Assembly (NCBI GenBank): GCA_051294375.1
Contig: CM119266.1
Location: 10,131,677 to 10,195,676, forward strand
Direction of reading: 5' to 3'
DNA length: 64,000 nucleotides
Origin: Paraspadella gotoi
Taxonomy: Eukaryota; Animalia; Chaetognatha
Shown: in pieces, positions 63,997 to 64,000 of the stretch
Numbering within the stretch: position 1 is the first letter of the stretch
How the letters are laid out: each line of letters begins with the position of its first letter
Position numbers and translations under genes: made by a program
The notes under the pieces: generated by a model
Database searches by the model: none
What the model was told of the DNA's origin: nothing
Seen by the model: only the letters and a program-made list of their open reading frames with translations

Positions 63997-64000
63997 GGAC

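Overview
Eukaryotic, probably invertebrate animal, genomic DNA. It is AT-rich with GT-AG introns, many (GA)n, (CGT)n and (CTTT)n microsatellites, and N gaps. Most of the window is two tandem duplications: about 18.5-19 kb (10099-29090 vs 29116-47612) and about 7-8 kb (~48845-56826 vs 56827-63832). Scattered 1-nt indels and three gaps of exactly 25 N suggest these are long-read gap-filling artefacts. Supported genes: (1) an intronless 326-aa orphan with a MIM1-like motif and a C-terminal C2H2 finger (5136-6116, -); (2) a multi-exon secreted protein with signal peptide, CBM14 chitin-binding domain, Thr-rich linkers, LamG-like domain and EGF array (17688-25596, -, duplicated at 36192-44100; frameshifted throughout); (3) a fukutin-like LicD-family gene (exon 1 at 47976; clean exons 2-3 at 57391-58602); (4) an intronless, atypical DEG/ENaC channel (59644-60936, -) with a frameshifted duplicate. 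Mobile DNA includes a highly structured tRNA-derived element (five copies, two forming a 560-bp inverted repeat), a 181-bp LTR, MITE-like elements filled with degenerate TTAGGG repeats, and two short dispersed repeat families. Most listed ORFs are microsatellite or N-gap artefacts. All alignments and translations were done by eye; no search was run.
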